From the NCBI GenBank assembly GCA_963817895.1, contig CAWFQB010000014.1, forward strand, positions 32,001-96,000: a stretch of 64,000 nucleotides of DNA, given 5' to 3'. The notes under the pieces are model-generated. The model saw nothing but the letters and a program-made list of their open reading frames with translations. It had not been told where the DNA came from and ran no database searches. The translations under genes and the position numbers were made by a program. Shown one piece after another: positions 9,487-20,474 of the stretch. Source of the DNA: an uncultured Chthonomonadaceae bacterium (GTDB lineage Bacteria; Armatimonadota; Chthonomonadetes; Chthonomonadales; Chthonomonadaceae). Positions within the stretch are counted from its first letter, which is position 1. The number at the start of each line of letters is the position of its first letter.

Positions 9487-10487
9487 GTGGAAACGTGTGC
9501 AACATTACTCCTGCGGCAGTGTCCTAAATTGAAGATAAGACTTGTGACAAAAGGAAACCTCCTCGTGTTTTTTGCTATTTCATTTTCGATTCAACAGCGG
9601 CGTTTTATCCTGCCGCAATCGTTCCTGCGCCTGCAAATCGGTTTGCTGCTTGTAATTGGGTGTATCGGCGTTGTGCCGCGCGCTTTTGCGAAGCCGACGT
9701 TTCCCGCTGTGGTGACGGATGCGTATCATCCCAAAGCGGGCGGGAAAGTGGCGGGCGCGGCGCAGTCGTGCCAGTTGTGCCATACGGGGCCACCCAAACT
9801 GAATGTGTATGGCGCGGATGTAAAGGCCGCGCTTCGGAAGCGCACATACAAAAACGCTGACGCCCGGCAATTTTACATTCGCTGGACATGAAAGATTCGG
9901 ACGGCGACGGCTTTGATAACGCGGCGGAGTATGCGGCGGACACGCTGCCGGGGGATGCGAGCAGTAAGCCTGCGGGAACGCTGCCCCCGCCAAAAACCGA
10001 TGCTGCCGCCAAAACGTCTAATGCGCCCGCCGAAAGTGAAAACCCGTTTGACCTGCATACTCTGCTGCTGCCCAAACACGCGCAACATCCCGTTATCGTG
10101 CATTTCCCCATCGCGTTGTTTGTCATCAGCTTGTTTTTCGATTTGATCGCGTTTCGGCGCAGGGATCGCGCCCTTGCCGCTGCAGGGTATCTGAACCTGA
10201 CCGTTGCTGCCGCAACGTCGCCCCTTGCGATTATAACAGGGCTGCTGGCCTGGCAGTTCGCGTATGGCGGCATTTCTGTTGCCTCGTTTCAGGGGACTCT
10301 TGCGCAACATCTTGTTCTTGGCGTGGTATCCACTGTCCTTATCTGGGTGCTTTGGGGGATGCGTTTCAGCAAGCGGCGGGAAGGCATCGGGGAAGTGAAA
10401 TCAACGTATATCGTTCTCGGCCTGATCGCGCTGATGATCATTTCCATAGCGGGACATTTAGGCGGGTATCTGAGCGGCGTGAATTAG
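9487..10487 (+). CDS. CxxCH (heme c)-motif protein fused to a DUF2231-like membrane domain (frameshift near 9880; start uncertain)
   Basis: Signal peptide, SCQLCH, LNVYGAD, DSDGDG, then HPVIVHFPIALF and GHLGGYL typical of DUF2231. Confidence 0.7.
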
Positions 10488-10490
10488 TAG

Positions 10491-10538
10491 CCCTCAACCC
10501 CCAACCCCTTCTCCCAAAAAAGCTTGGGAGAAGGGGAG
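10491..10538 (+). repeat. Palindromic element copy 4 (cccttctcccaaaaaagcttgggagaagggg subtype)
   Basis: Hairpin immediately after the stop codon. Confidence 0.85.
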
Positions 10539-10567
10539 TCTGTTGAGAAGGGATTTTATGTAGGGGT

Positions 10568-10588
10568 TAGCCGCGAATGAACGCGAAT
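10568..10588 (+). repeat. CGCGAAT tandem arm, identical 21-mer to 30420-30440
   Basis: tagccgcgaatgaacgcgaat occurs at both loci. Confidence 0.7.
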
Positions 10589-10769
10589 ACAGGCAAGCAA
10601 ACAATTTGCGATTATTGCGGGAGATTTCGCGCAGGAATTTGGGGCGCGTGGTACAATACTCTACTAACGAATTTTGTTGAGAGGGGCTGTTGACAGACTG
10701 CCGTATGTAGATTGCGCGCGTTTGTTCTACGGCTCTACGATTGTTTGCATTTCAGGGAGAACTTCCACT

Positions 10770-12211
10770 ATGAATCGAAGGGATTTTCTGGTCAATACGA
10801 CTGCCGCGTCTTTGACCGGCGCGCTGGCGATTAGCGGCTCGGAAGCGTTCGGCGCGGGGAAAGATGCCAAAGGCAAAGCGACCCCGGCGGCTGCAAAGGA
10901 TGCGCAGACCGCCAAAGACCTGCAAAACAAAGTGGCTGCGGGCAAAGCGGCCCGCGCTGAAAAGCCCAAAAGCCCGGTGAACTGCGCCGTTATCGGATTG
11001 GGCGAACAGGGTAGCGCCATACTGGAAACGCTTAACAACATGGGGACGGGCGCTCCCATTGTCGCGATCTGCGATACCTACAAATCTCCGGGTTTCCTGA
11101 AAAAAGTCAAAGAACACTTTCACAACGATAAAGTGGCGGTGTACGACGATTATAAGCAGGTTCTGGACGACAAAAGCGTTCAGGCCGTGTTTATCGCTAC
11201 GCCCACGCTACAAGCATAAGCAGATCGCTCTGGACGCGATTGCGGCGGGCAAGCATGTGTATCTGGAAGCGCCGATTGCCGTAGATTTGGAAGAGGCGAA
11301 AGCTATTACCAAAGCGGGAATGGCGGCGAAAACCATTTATCAGCCCGGTTTGCAGATGCGCTCCAACATGCAGTACCGGCACGTCATGCACTTTATCAAG
11401 GGCAAGGTTCTCGGCGATTTGACGATGGGGCGGTCGCAGTGGCATTTGCGCAACAGTTGGCGGCGCGTGGCTCCCAATGATGCGCGGCAGGCGGCTCTCA
11501 ACTGGCGGCTGTCTCAGGAAACTTCACACGGCTTGATGGGCGAGGTCGGGATACATCAACTGGATGTGGCGGGTGGTATCTCGGCGCGGCGATGCAGTCC
11601 ACAATCGGACCCGAACGCGGAACAGAAACAGGAGCATGTCAACCTGCTGCCCGCTCGCGATTTCCGGCAACGGCGGTATTTTGGGCTGGAAAGATGGCCG
11701 CGATACGCAGGATACGGTTCAGTGCGTCCTTGAGTACCCGGGCAATCTGCGCTTTATGTACGATGCCACGCTGACAAACGGCTTTGACGGCGTTTACGAT
11801 ACCTTCTATGGCACGGCTTCGGCTGTGCAACTGCGGGATCAGCGCGCGTGGATGTTCAAAGAGGCGGATGCGAACCCGCTTGGCTGGGAAACGTTTGCGC
11901 GTAAGGACGCGCTGAGTTTCGGCAAGCCCGAAAATGGTACGGGCCTGAAGGTAACAGAGGGCATCGCGCTGGTTGCCGACGCGACGAAGCAGATCAAACT
12001 TGGCCTTCAGCCGGGTGAAGTCGGCACGGACGTTACCAAAACGTCGCTGTACCAGTCGCTCGACGGCTTTCTGGACAGCATTCGCAACAGCACCAAGCCC
12101 TGGGTGACGCCGGAAGAGGGGTTTCAGGCGACCGTGCTGGCGGCGAAAGTCAGTGAAGCGTGTTTGAAGAACACGCGCATCGAAGTGCAAAAAGAGTGGT
12201 TTGTGATTTAG
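10770..12211 (+). CDS. Tat-exported Gfo/Idh/MocA oxidoreductase (frameshifted)
   Basis: MNRRDFL Tat motif, VIGLGEQG, AVFIATP, KHVYLEAP, NWRL..ETSHGLMGEVGIHQLD. Confidence 0.85.
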
Positions 12212-12270
12212 TTTGTGAGCGGCGCGGTGACAGTCAAGACACTGTTGCCGCGTTGTTTAGAGATAATTGC

Positions 12271-12313
12271 CCTCACCCCAACCCCTCTCCCAAAAAGGCA
12301 TGGGAGAGGGGCT
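12271..12313 (+). repeat. Palindromic element copy 5
   Basis: cctcaccccaacccctctcccaaaaaggcatgggagaggggct. Confidence 0.85.
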
Positions 12314-12356
12314 AATCTCAAACTTTGAAGACGGAACGCAAAGGAGCAGGCACGAC

Positions 12357-13762
12357 ATGAGTGACCATCAGGATACGAAACAGACTACCCGGCGCGTGTT
12401 TTTACGCAATGCGGCGGTGGGCGCGGCGGGAGTTGCCGCTCTGAGCAGCATGCCGACCACAGCAGAAGCGATGCGACGGGTTATGGGCGCGAACAGCCGC
12501 GTCAACATCGGGCATATCGGTGTGGGAACGCAGGGCTTTACCGCGCATGTGCGCCTCATCAATCAGATGGCGACGGATAATAATACGGCGCAGCTTGCCG
12601 TTTGCGACCTGTACGGACGCCGTATTCGCAAGGCGCAGGACTTCCTGAAGTTGCAGGACAGCCAGACGTATACGAACTACAAGAAGTTGCTGGAAATCAA
12701 GGACATTGACGCGGTTGTTATCGCCACTTCGGACAACTGGCACGCGCAATGCTCCATTGACGCGCTGAACGCGGGCAAGCACGTTTATGTGGAAAAGCCG
12801 CTGTGCCGCACAGTTGATGAAATTTTCGCGGTATACGATGCGGTGAAGAAGAGCGGCAAGAAATTGCAGGTTGGGGCGCAACGCTGCACCTCGCCCAAGT
12901 ACCGCGCGGTTGCCGATCTGGTGAAATCCGGTAAGTACGGGCATATCGTGGTAGGACAGGCAACGTTTACGCGCAACACGCCTGCCGGCGAGTGGAACAA
13001 CTACGGCGAGTTCGATCTGGATGCCGGGCCGACAGCAACCGGGGACGCGCACATTGATTGGGATACGTTCCGCAAGGGAGCCGAGCCTGCCAAATTGGAC
13101 CCGGATCGCTATCTTCCGGTGGCGCAAATACTATGAGTACGCTTCCGGGCTTATCGGCGACCTGTTTCCGCACCACCTGCATCCGCTGTTGATTGCAATG
13201 AACATTCCCATGACCGGCGATCAGGGTTGGCCGCGCCGCGTATCGTCAGGCGGCGGATTGTACGTGCAGAAGTACGTGGCAGTGGATCGCTACACGGATG
13301 CGGACGCGGCGAAGAAGGAAAAAGAGTACCTCGCCAAATACCATCCGGGCCAGACCAAAGTAATGGATCGCGGAAGTGCCGGATTTCGTGAACATGAGCG
13401 TGGACTTTGACGATTGCTCTCTGATGATGATGGCGTCCTCCATCAACGAAGAGGGCTGGCCGACGACGATTCGCCTGAACAAAGCGAATATCAACTTCGG
13501 CAGCAACAAGATCGTGGTCAAGCCGGAGCGCGTGTACTCGGAAGAGGTGGACGACTACAGCGCGGACGCGCCGGGGGAAGACGACAACATTCCGGGGCAT
13601 CAGAAGAACTGGCTGGAGGCTATTCGCAACAACACGCAGCCGAGCGCGAATATCGAACTCGCGGCGCGGACACAGGTTGCGGTGACCCTGGCCGAACTGT
13701 CGCAGCGCAACAGCAAGACCTACACATTCGATCCGAAGACCCGTAAAGTAAACGGGGGTTAG
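12357..13762 (+). CDS. Tat-exported Gfo/Idh/MocA oxidoreductase (frameshifted)
   Basis: TRRVFL Tat motif, GANSRVNIGHIGVG, DAVVIATSDNWH, KHVYVEKP, RWRKYYEYASGLIGDL; AAGGAG RBS. Confidence 0.88.
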
Positions 13763-13766
13763 TTGA

Positions 13767-13843
13767 CCTCACCCCGGGCGTCCACCCGCAGGGAAGGACA
13801 CCCCTCTCCTTGCCGCGCAACGCGCCAGGAGAGGGGCTTTTTT
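13767..13843 (+). repeat. Palindromic element copy 6 with 5' insert gggcgtccacccgcagggaaggaca
   Basis: Same core as copy 3 plus an insert shared with copies 11 and 12. Confidence 0.85.
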
Positions 13844-13951
13844 GTGACTGCAATTTACTGTGGCGAAGAATGTCTATGTTTTTGCGTATTGAGAAATAGC
13901 AAGCTTCAAACATTGGAGAGGTTGCTGAATCGAAAAGACTTTAACAGCATG

Positions 13952-14042
13952 AAAAGCCCCTCCCCTAGCGTTATGAAGCGCGTCTGCTTCGCTATGACGC
14001 GCTCATTGAAGTTGCGCGGCAAGGAGAGGGGTTGGGGTGAGG
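13952..14042 (-). repeat. Palindromic element copy 7, inverted relative to copy 6, with nested GCGAAGC hairpin
   Basis: Reverse complement matches copy 3 with an ~40-nt hairpin (gcgcgtc-atagcgaagca-gacgcgc) in the loop. Confidence 0.85.
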
Positions 14043-14044
14043 TA

Positions 14045-14975
14045 GTGGCGCAGGTACAAATGACGCACCGGGCTATGGGGACGTACTTCGAGGTCGCGCT
14101 GTATCGGGCAGAAGGAAGCGTATCTGCATGGCGTTGCCGAAGCCGTCATGGCTGAAATTGATCGGTGGGAGCAGAAACTCAGCTACTATCGGGACGACAG
14201 CGATGTGCGGCAAATCAATGCGGAAGCCGCGCAGCATCCGGTATATCTTGATCCCGCCACGTTCGGACTGCTCAAGCGGGCGCGGGAACTGATGATTTAC
14301 AGAGGGCACGTTCGATATAACGGTTGCGCCCCTGATGCGCTGCTGGGGGTTTGTGGGCGCGAGCGGGCAGATGCCGGATGAAAAAGCGATTGCTAAGGCG
14401 CGTGAAGTGGTGGGCATGTCGCATGTGCATCTGGATGAGCTGGCGTATACCATTGAATTTGACCGGGAAGGCGTTGAGATAGATTTAGGCTCGATAGGCA
14501 AGGGGTTCGCCATTGAACGCGCCATACAACTGCTGGAAGAGTACGAGATTGAAACGGCTCTGATGCATGGCGGCACGAGCGCGGTATATGGGTTAGGAAC
14601 GCCGCCGGAATGTGGATGGATGGAAAATCGCGCTGCAAAAACCGTTCTGTGAAGAAGGGCAGAACCTTGCCGTTGTGGAATTGCAGGATATGAGTTTGAG
14701 CGTGTCCGCGCCGCATGGCAAGTGGTTCGCTTCGGGCGGCAAGCGGTACGGGCATGTGATTGATCCGCGTACCGGCTATCCGACAAGCCGCAATCTGCTG
14801 GCCGCGATTGTAATGCCGTCACCGACAGATGGGGATGCGCTGTCTACGGGATTGCTGACGCTTGGGCATGATTTTCTGGAAAAACTGGAAGCCTTTTCGC
14901 CGGACATACGCGCATTGGTGGCGGAAGAGAACGATGCGGGAGAGATGCGCAGCGTATTCGCAGGGTGTTGCTCTT
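14045..14975 (+). CDS. apbE: FAD:protein FMN transferase ApbE (frameshifted; end approximate)
   Basis: AMGTYFEV, LSYYRDDSDV, FDITVAPL, IDLGSIGKGFA, GHVIDPRTG, DALSTGL motifs in successive frames. Confidence 0.85.
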
Positions 14976-15070
14976 TTGTCGTGAAAATGTGGCACAATTT
15001 CGCTGTGTTTTCGTCTATAATAAAGGAAGAATTTGTAGTTCGCTGGTCAGGATTGAGGAGGTCTGCAAAA

Positions 15071-15744
15071 ATGTACGAATCTAGTATGTCCGGTTACGGT
15101 CGCCAGTATGTCTCAGGACGCGCGTATGACGTTTGTGCGCAAGGTCTACGGGCTGTTTTTCGCGTCCATTTTGATGTCCGTCATTACCGGATTTTTGAGT
15201 ACACAGCCGGGAACTATACAAGCGGCTTGCGATATGAGTTGGCCGGTGTGGGGCTTGATGTTCCTGATGGTGTTTACCTTCCGGTTTACGAAAAAGATAC
15301 CAGGTTTGAACGTGTTCATGTTGTTTGTGTTCAGCGGATTGGGAGGCGTGCTGTTCGGCCCACTGTGTTATATCTACAATGAGAGAGTGCCGGGGCTGCC
15401 ACTGGAAGCGGGTATGCTGACCGCTGCGGTGTTCGGCGGATTGACCCTGTATGTTATGTTCACGCGGCAGGACTTCAACTTTCTGGGAGGATTCTTGTTC
15501 ACGGCGTTCTGGACGCTGTTCATGGCGGGATTTCTTGATGATGTTCTTCCATATCGCCGCGCTGACAACCGTTTACTGCATTGCGGGAGTTCTGATTTTT
15601 GCCGGATTTGTCCTGTATGACACTTCCAACATTCTGAATCGCTTGCGATCCGATGAGGCAGCCATTGGCGCGTTAGACCTGTATGTGGACTTCCTGAATC
15701 TGATGATGATGATTATGCGCCTGCTAGGTGGCAATCGCAATTAG
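15071..15744 (+). CDS. Bax inhibitor-1/YccA family membrane protein (frameshifted)
   Basis: RMTFVRKVYG, DFNFLGGFL, LYDTSNIL, ALDLYVDFLNL; GAGGAGG RBS; TATAAT at 15016-15021. Confidence 0.85.
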
Positions 15745-15863
15745 AAGTGTTGCTGTCCCACAAGACTGACAAACTTCTGAGAGTAGGAGAGGACGATAGC
15801 AACAGTAAACCTGAAGCTATCGTCCTCTGTTTTCGTATATAAGTTCATAAGAGGGAGAAGGTT

Positions 15864-16172
15864 GTGGCAGAGGGTGGACTTGCAATTTGTATACTGATTA
15901 CGCTGATGTTTGCCGTGTTCATCGTGTGGGCGAGAACGGCGGCGGGACAGGCAAGTCTGCGTCAAACATTAGGCGAGAGGCCACCGCCGCGTAAACCGCC
16001 CGCGCAACGTCCGAAGCCACGCGCTGCCGGAAAGTCTCAGCCTGCGCAACGTAAACCTGCTGCGCGGCAAACGCCGCAATCCTCAAACACAGCGACGAAG
16101 AAAGCCACTCCGAAAGCGAAGGCAACCCCGACAGATACAAACAGCAAGCCGCGAACGAAGCCTCGCGCTTAG
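15864..16172 (+). CDS. Small membrane-anchored protein with basic Pro/Lys-rich tail
   Basis: N-terminal hydrophobic helix, GGGAG RBS. Confidence 0.55.
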   Translation: MAEGGLAICILITLMFAVFIVWARTAAGQASLRQTLGERPPPRKPPAQRPKPRAAGKSQPAQRKPAARQTPQSSNTATKKATPKAKATPTDTNSKPRTKPRA

Positions 16173-16194
16173 AATAGCCCTCAACCTTTTTTTA

Positions 16195-16245
16195 CCTCAC
16201 CCCCGGCCCCTCTCCTTGCCGCGCAATGCGCTAGGAGAGGGGAGG
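16195..16245 (+). repeat. Palindromic element copy 8 between convergent genes
   Basis: cctcacccccggcccctctccttgccgcgcaatgcgctaggagaggggagg. Confidence 0.85.
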
Positions 16246-16309
16246 CAGGCTAATATGGGATATATTTGGTTAAAGGAAAATTTTGATAAAGTTGGGAGCA
16301 GGGAACCAA

Positions 16310-16711
16310 TCAGATTGCCGTCAACTCGAAATCATCCGGCAATTGGGCGCAAATTTGGTTTACCAATTCTCTAAGGGTGGCTTCCTCGAAGACATGAGAT
16401 TGCAGCAATTGGGTTATCAGCGAAGTGGGGGAGCCGTTGTATAAACGCTCTATTAGTTCGTTGGTGATGCCTGCTTGAATATCTTCACGGGTCACGTTAG
16501 CGCGATACGCGAACATGCGCGTCCCCGCCCGCGCCTCGTGCGATACCATTCCCTGTTTTGTTAGATTGGTGAGTACCGTCAGGACTGTAATATACGCGGG
16601 CGTTTTCTCGCCTGATAGATCGGCGATTACCTCATGGACGGTCGCTTCGCCCCGCTGCCACAACACGTTCATGATCGCCAATTGCAGTTCTGCCCAGTTA
16701 ATCATGCTCAT
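16310..16711 (-). CDS. BlaI/MecI/CopY family transcriptional regulator
   Basis: ELQLAIMNVLWQRGEATVHEV, AYITVLTVLTNL, LYNGS. Confidence 0.9.
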   Translation of the reverse strand: MSMINWAELQLAIMNVLWQRGEATVHEVIADLSGEKTPAYITVLTVLTNLTKQGMVSHEARAGTRMFAYRANVTREDIQAGITNELIERLYNGSPTSLITQLLQSHVFEEATLRELVNQICAQLPDDFELTAI

Positions 16712-16719
16712 GTGTGGAA

Positions 16720-16793
16720 CCTCACCCCAACATCTCTCCTGACCGCTCACATGAACCCGCGTTCACGGCTTATACCTCGCCAGGAGAGGGGCT
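16720..16793 (+). repeat. Palindromic element copy 9 (copy-1 subtype with loop hairpin gaacccgcgttc)
   Basis: cctcaccccaacatctctcctgaccgctc...cctcgccaggagaggggct. Confidence 0.8.
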
Positions 16794-16806
16794 TATCTAA
16801 ATCCAA

Positions 16807-19633
16807 TTATGGAAAATCAAGAGATTTGTCTTTGCTGTTTTTCTTCTCTTTTCGGAACTCGCGGATGGTCACGGGGTCAACCGGGAGTGGGCGAATGGTG
16901 GCATTGGGAGTGAATGGCTTGTCCGTGATGGCGATGGCGTCTATGGCAAAGGAGTATTCATGCGTGGCGGCAGTCGGATCGGTGGCTTCAATAGAGAGTT
17001 TGTTTTCTCCTCGCGTGAGTTTCGCGTTGCCCAACAGCACCCACCCGAAACGCTCATTTAGATAGGAAGGCCCGTGCGGGAGCGGTTCGGCAATGTCTTT
17101 ATCCGGGTCGTTGTTCATCTGCCATTTGATAGGCGAGGTATTCGGACCGGGCAGTGTGCCTGCAAGCCATATTTGATACACTCCGTCATGGCTGATGGGA
17201 AATTTGTAGTAGGCTTTGTAGGGCAGGCCGGGAAGGGGCGGGTTGGGCGTGGACAGGCGGCGATACGCGCCCTGACTGGCTTCGGGATGACCGGCGCGTT
17301 CGTTGAACAGGTTGATCAAATCCGATTCGCCCTCGATCCAGATGTACGGCTGCGCGTCGCCGGTGAGAATTTCCAGTTGATTCCGCGCCAGAATGTACGC
17401 CTGCTCGTAGTTCTTTTTAACGTAATAGTCTTTGCCCTGATCTAAGGCCAGATGCGAATTCTCCGCGCCGAATATCTTTTGCAGTTTAGCGATCTCGTAC
17501 AGCGTCGCCAGTTGCAGCAGAGCGTCTTCGGCGGCCTCCTGCGGCACGGGCGGCAGATTGGTTCCGAACTGTAAAATGGCAGGCGTGGTATCGAGGGTGA
17601 TTTCCACTATATTTTTTGTAATGCTTTTGACGGGGATGGGCGTCCCTTCCGGCGTATACGCGCGCACAAGGGCAGGATTGGATACCGCGAAGTGCGTTTT
17701 GCGCTGGCCGGTAAGCGAAAGCATCACGGTGGAAATCGGTTCGCCGTCCGCCCGTTGAAGGTTGTAACCGGCATAAGCGGGCCACAGGTCTATGGCGGAG
17801 GGTTGCGTTTGCAGGCTGTCGCCGGGGAACGAACCGGGCAGCCAGTAGACGCCGGATGTGCCGGGAATCAGGCCGGCATGGGCGGGGCCGGAAGCGGTAT
17901 AGGGATAGAACAGAACACGCGGGGCGGAAATTGGCCGCGTTGTTGTCCCTGTGCAGGGTATTGGCGTACTCACTCAGCCACGACAGGCTTTCAGGATTAG
18001 TCAGCCAGTCCGGGTTGATTCCCCTCCGGGCTGGCGCCCGACTCCCTGAAGGCTTTTGACAAAGAAGCCTTTGATGCCAATGTGCCGCATATCTTCAAAA
18101 TCGCGCGACAGGGCAAGGCGGTTGGCATAGGTTTGCGCAGAGGCAGTCTGTGGCGTGGCAAGCGCGGCTGTCTTAACTTGAGCCGCAGCGGGAACGGACT
18201 GCGCTGATTTCCGTGCTGACAAACCAGGTGGCGTGGGCGGATTGTTCCGCCTGACTGTAGGCTGGCCCGAACTGGCGGGAGATACGCGCTGTATCTCCGA
18301 AGGCGGTGTTCAGGGCAAGGCCGTCGAAACCGCCACTGCGGGTATTGTTGGCAAAGAAGGAACCGGAAGCGTTCCATGTGTAGACGACGGGAACATTGGC
18401 GACATTTTTTTTCAGCACGTCCGCTATCGTGTTCATATAGTAATTGATGCTGTTGTCGCGGCAGGTCTGAAAATCGTTCCACCACTGCGAATTGGGCGCG
18501 GAACGCGTCCCTTCCAGCATGCGGTGAAAGCGTTTGGTTTGCGGGTCATAGAAATAGGGGCAGCCGGTATACGACCACAGGGGAACCAGACGGGCAAGGT
18601 CTGCAAAGTTTTGAAAGCGATCCGTCAGCGCCCATTTGCCCCGCGCCTCTTCAGGACTGGCATAGCGGCGGCGCAGGTAGCTTTCCCATGACAGGCGAAA
18701 GGCGGGCAAATCGGGAATCAGAAAGGGCGCTTCGCCGCTCAATCCTAAATGGCGGGCAAGTGGGTCGAGGAAAAAGCGCAGTCCCGGTCCCCATTTGATC
18801 TGAGATTGGGCAGCCAGCAAACGGTCGCGGTAACTGTCAAAACCCGTCCAGAGATCGGGCATTCGGCCCGCATCCTGTCCTGTCAGCGTCTTATGCGGAA
18901 GGAGCATCACGTAGGGGTGCGCGACGGAGGCCGGGGACTCGACGGGGATGCTCAGAACGCCATCGTGAACAGGCACTTCGAGCGGTTCGCGGAAGATCGC
19001 GCTATCGTTCGCGCCATCGTACATCACGATAACGCCCCGATCCGTGTCCGGGGTAATCCACTGAGTGGACAAGACGGGGTCCGCTACCAGCACGGGTTTG
19101 GCATCGGCGCGATACACGGACGGCTTCACGACATGGCCGGTCAGTGGCTGCGTTATGCCTGCCCCGAAGGAGACGCCATAATGAAATCCTTTGGCGTCCA
19201 GATGATCCAGCAGGCGCTGAATGGAACTGACGGGAACATCGGCAAGCGGCTGCGAGGGCCAGACGATAATGTCATGTATGCCACCCGAAAGCAGGGTATC
19301 CAGGGCGCGAACATCCGCCTGCCAGTCCGCCTCGGACGTGGAAGCAAAGGAGCGCGGCGTAAACGTGCCGCCGACGGGGAGATAGGAGGCTTTGTCCCAT
19401 ATCAGAGCGTGAGCGCCGTTGATTTGCCAAACGTGGGCTGTCTTTGTCTTGTCGGTAAATACGCCTTCACTGGTGATTTTATTGAGTTTGTGTGAGGCGA
19501 GCGGGGGAGGAGCGGCCTGCGCAGGCGTTTGCGTCTGCGCCTGTGTCGGCAACCGGGTGGCAGCCCACAGCAGGCAGGCGGCGGCAAATGTCAGGGCAGG
19601 AGTGATTCGCGGGCTGAAAACGTTTTGGCGCAT
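16807..19633 (-). CDS. Large secreted hypothetical protein (~900 aa, frameshifted near 18000-18200)
   Basis: Signal peptide followed by QAQTQ; ORFs 18173-19684, 18001-18222 and 16807-17973 read as consecutive parts. Confidence 0.7.
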
Positions 19634-19782
19634 AGTGGTGAAGCTTTCAAACGAACAGGAGGCGACAGGAAACTGCGGCGGCAATCATCGTTGCCGCCGG
19701 GTCGCCGGGATGCTGCATCGGCGCAGCGTGAGGACGAAACATTTACAGGTATACGAACAGCAGAAAAATGACCACGCGCCGG

Positions 19783-20134
19783 TCAGTATTCGTCAACGGG
19801 TGAAAACGCGATTACGGTTACGGTGTCTTCCACAGAAATATCATCGGAATAGATGCGGCGCATAAGATGAATCAGGTCTTCGGATCGTGCGAAATTCCGG
19901 GTTTTCCTTCTGAATTTCACGCGGCGATAGCGAGTCTATAGTTTTGATTTCCACCCGGTCTATAATGGCGGTGAACAGCTTTTGCCGCCGGCCAAAGCGG
20001 GGGCCAATGGTGATCCAGACAATCTGGCCAGCGTCGTACTTTGCGGATTTATCGCCAAGCCGGATGGTTACGGTTTTGCGCCCGTTGCGCAAAACTTCTT
20101 CATAGAACTCGCTGTAGAAATTCAGAGCATACAT
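19783..20134 (-). CDS. ASCH-domain protein (frameshift near 19880)
   Basis: LNFYS..LRNGRKTVTIRLGDK (GxKxxxxR ASCH motif); alternative frame ends VTVIAFSPVDEY-TGA at 19783. Confidence 0.8.
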
Positions 20135-20158
20135 GCGGCACTCTCTTCTTGAAAACCC

Positions 20159-20191
20159 CGGTATTCCGGTGTTTGGTGTTCAGGTATTCGG
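20159..20191 (+). repeat. GGTRTTC-type tandem arm
   Basis: cggtattccggtgtttggtgttcaggtattcgg; related to 35698-35750 and 5241-5265. Confidence 0.55.
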
Positions 20192-20380
20192 TTTGTACTC
20201 TGCTTGAAGGATAGACAACATAGAAAAATATATTACTATGGAGCAGTCTTCAAGCTATTGGGTAGAGAAGTTATCATAACACAAACCGCGCCGAACGTCA
20301 ACTCTGAATCGGTTTTAAGACGATTCAGCCGTGTTCAATGGTTCGGATATGGCAGGGCGCAATTTATCGTCTGCCGGGGA

Positions 20381-20404
20381 GGACACAACAAGTTGTGTCC
20401 CTAC
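20381..20404. repeat. GTAG-type REP-like hairpin
   Basis: ggacacaac-aa-gttgtgtcc-ctac (reverse complement begins GTAG). Confidence 0.6.
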
Positions 20405-20474
20405 GAACGTTTATTTGAACGGTATTGCCTTCAAAAAGAGGGCAGGGTTGAGCTAATATTGAGCGCAAGCGTGT

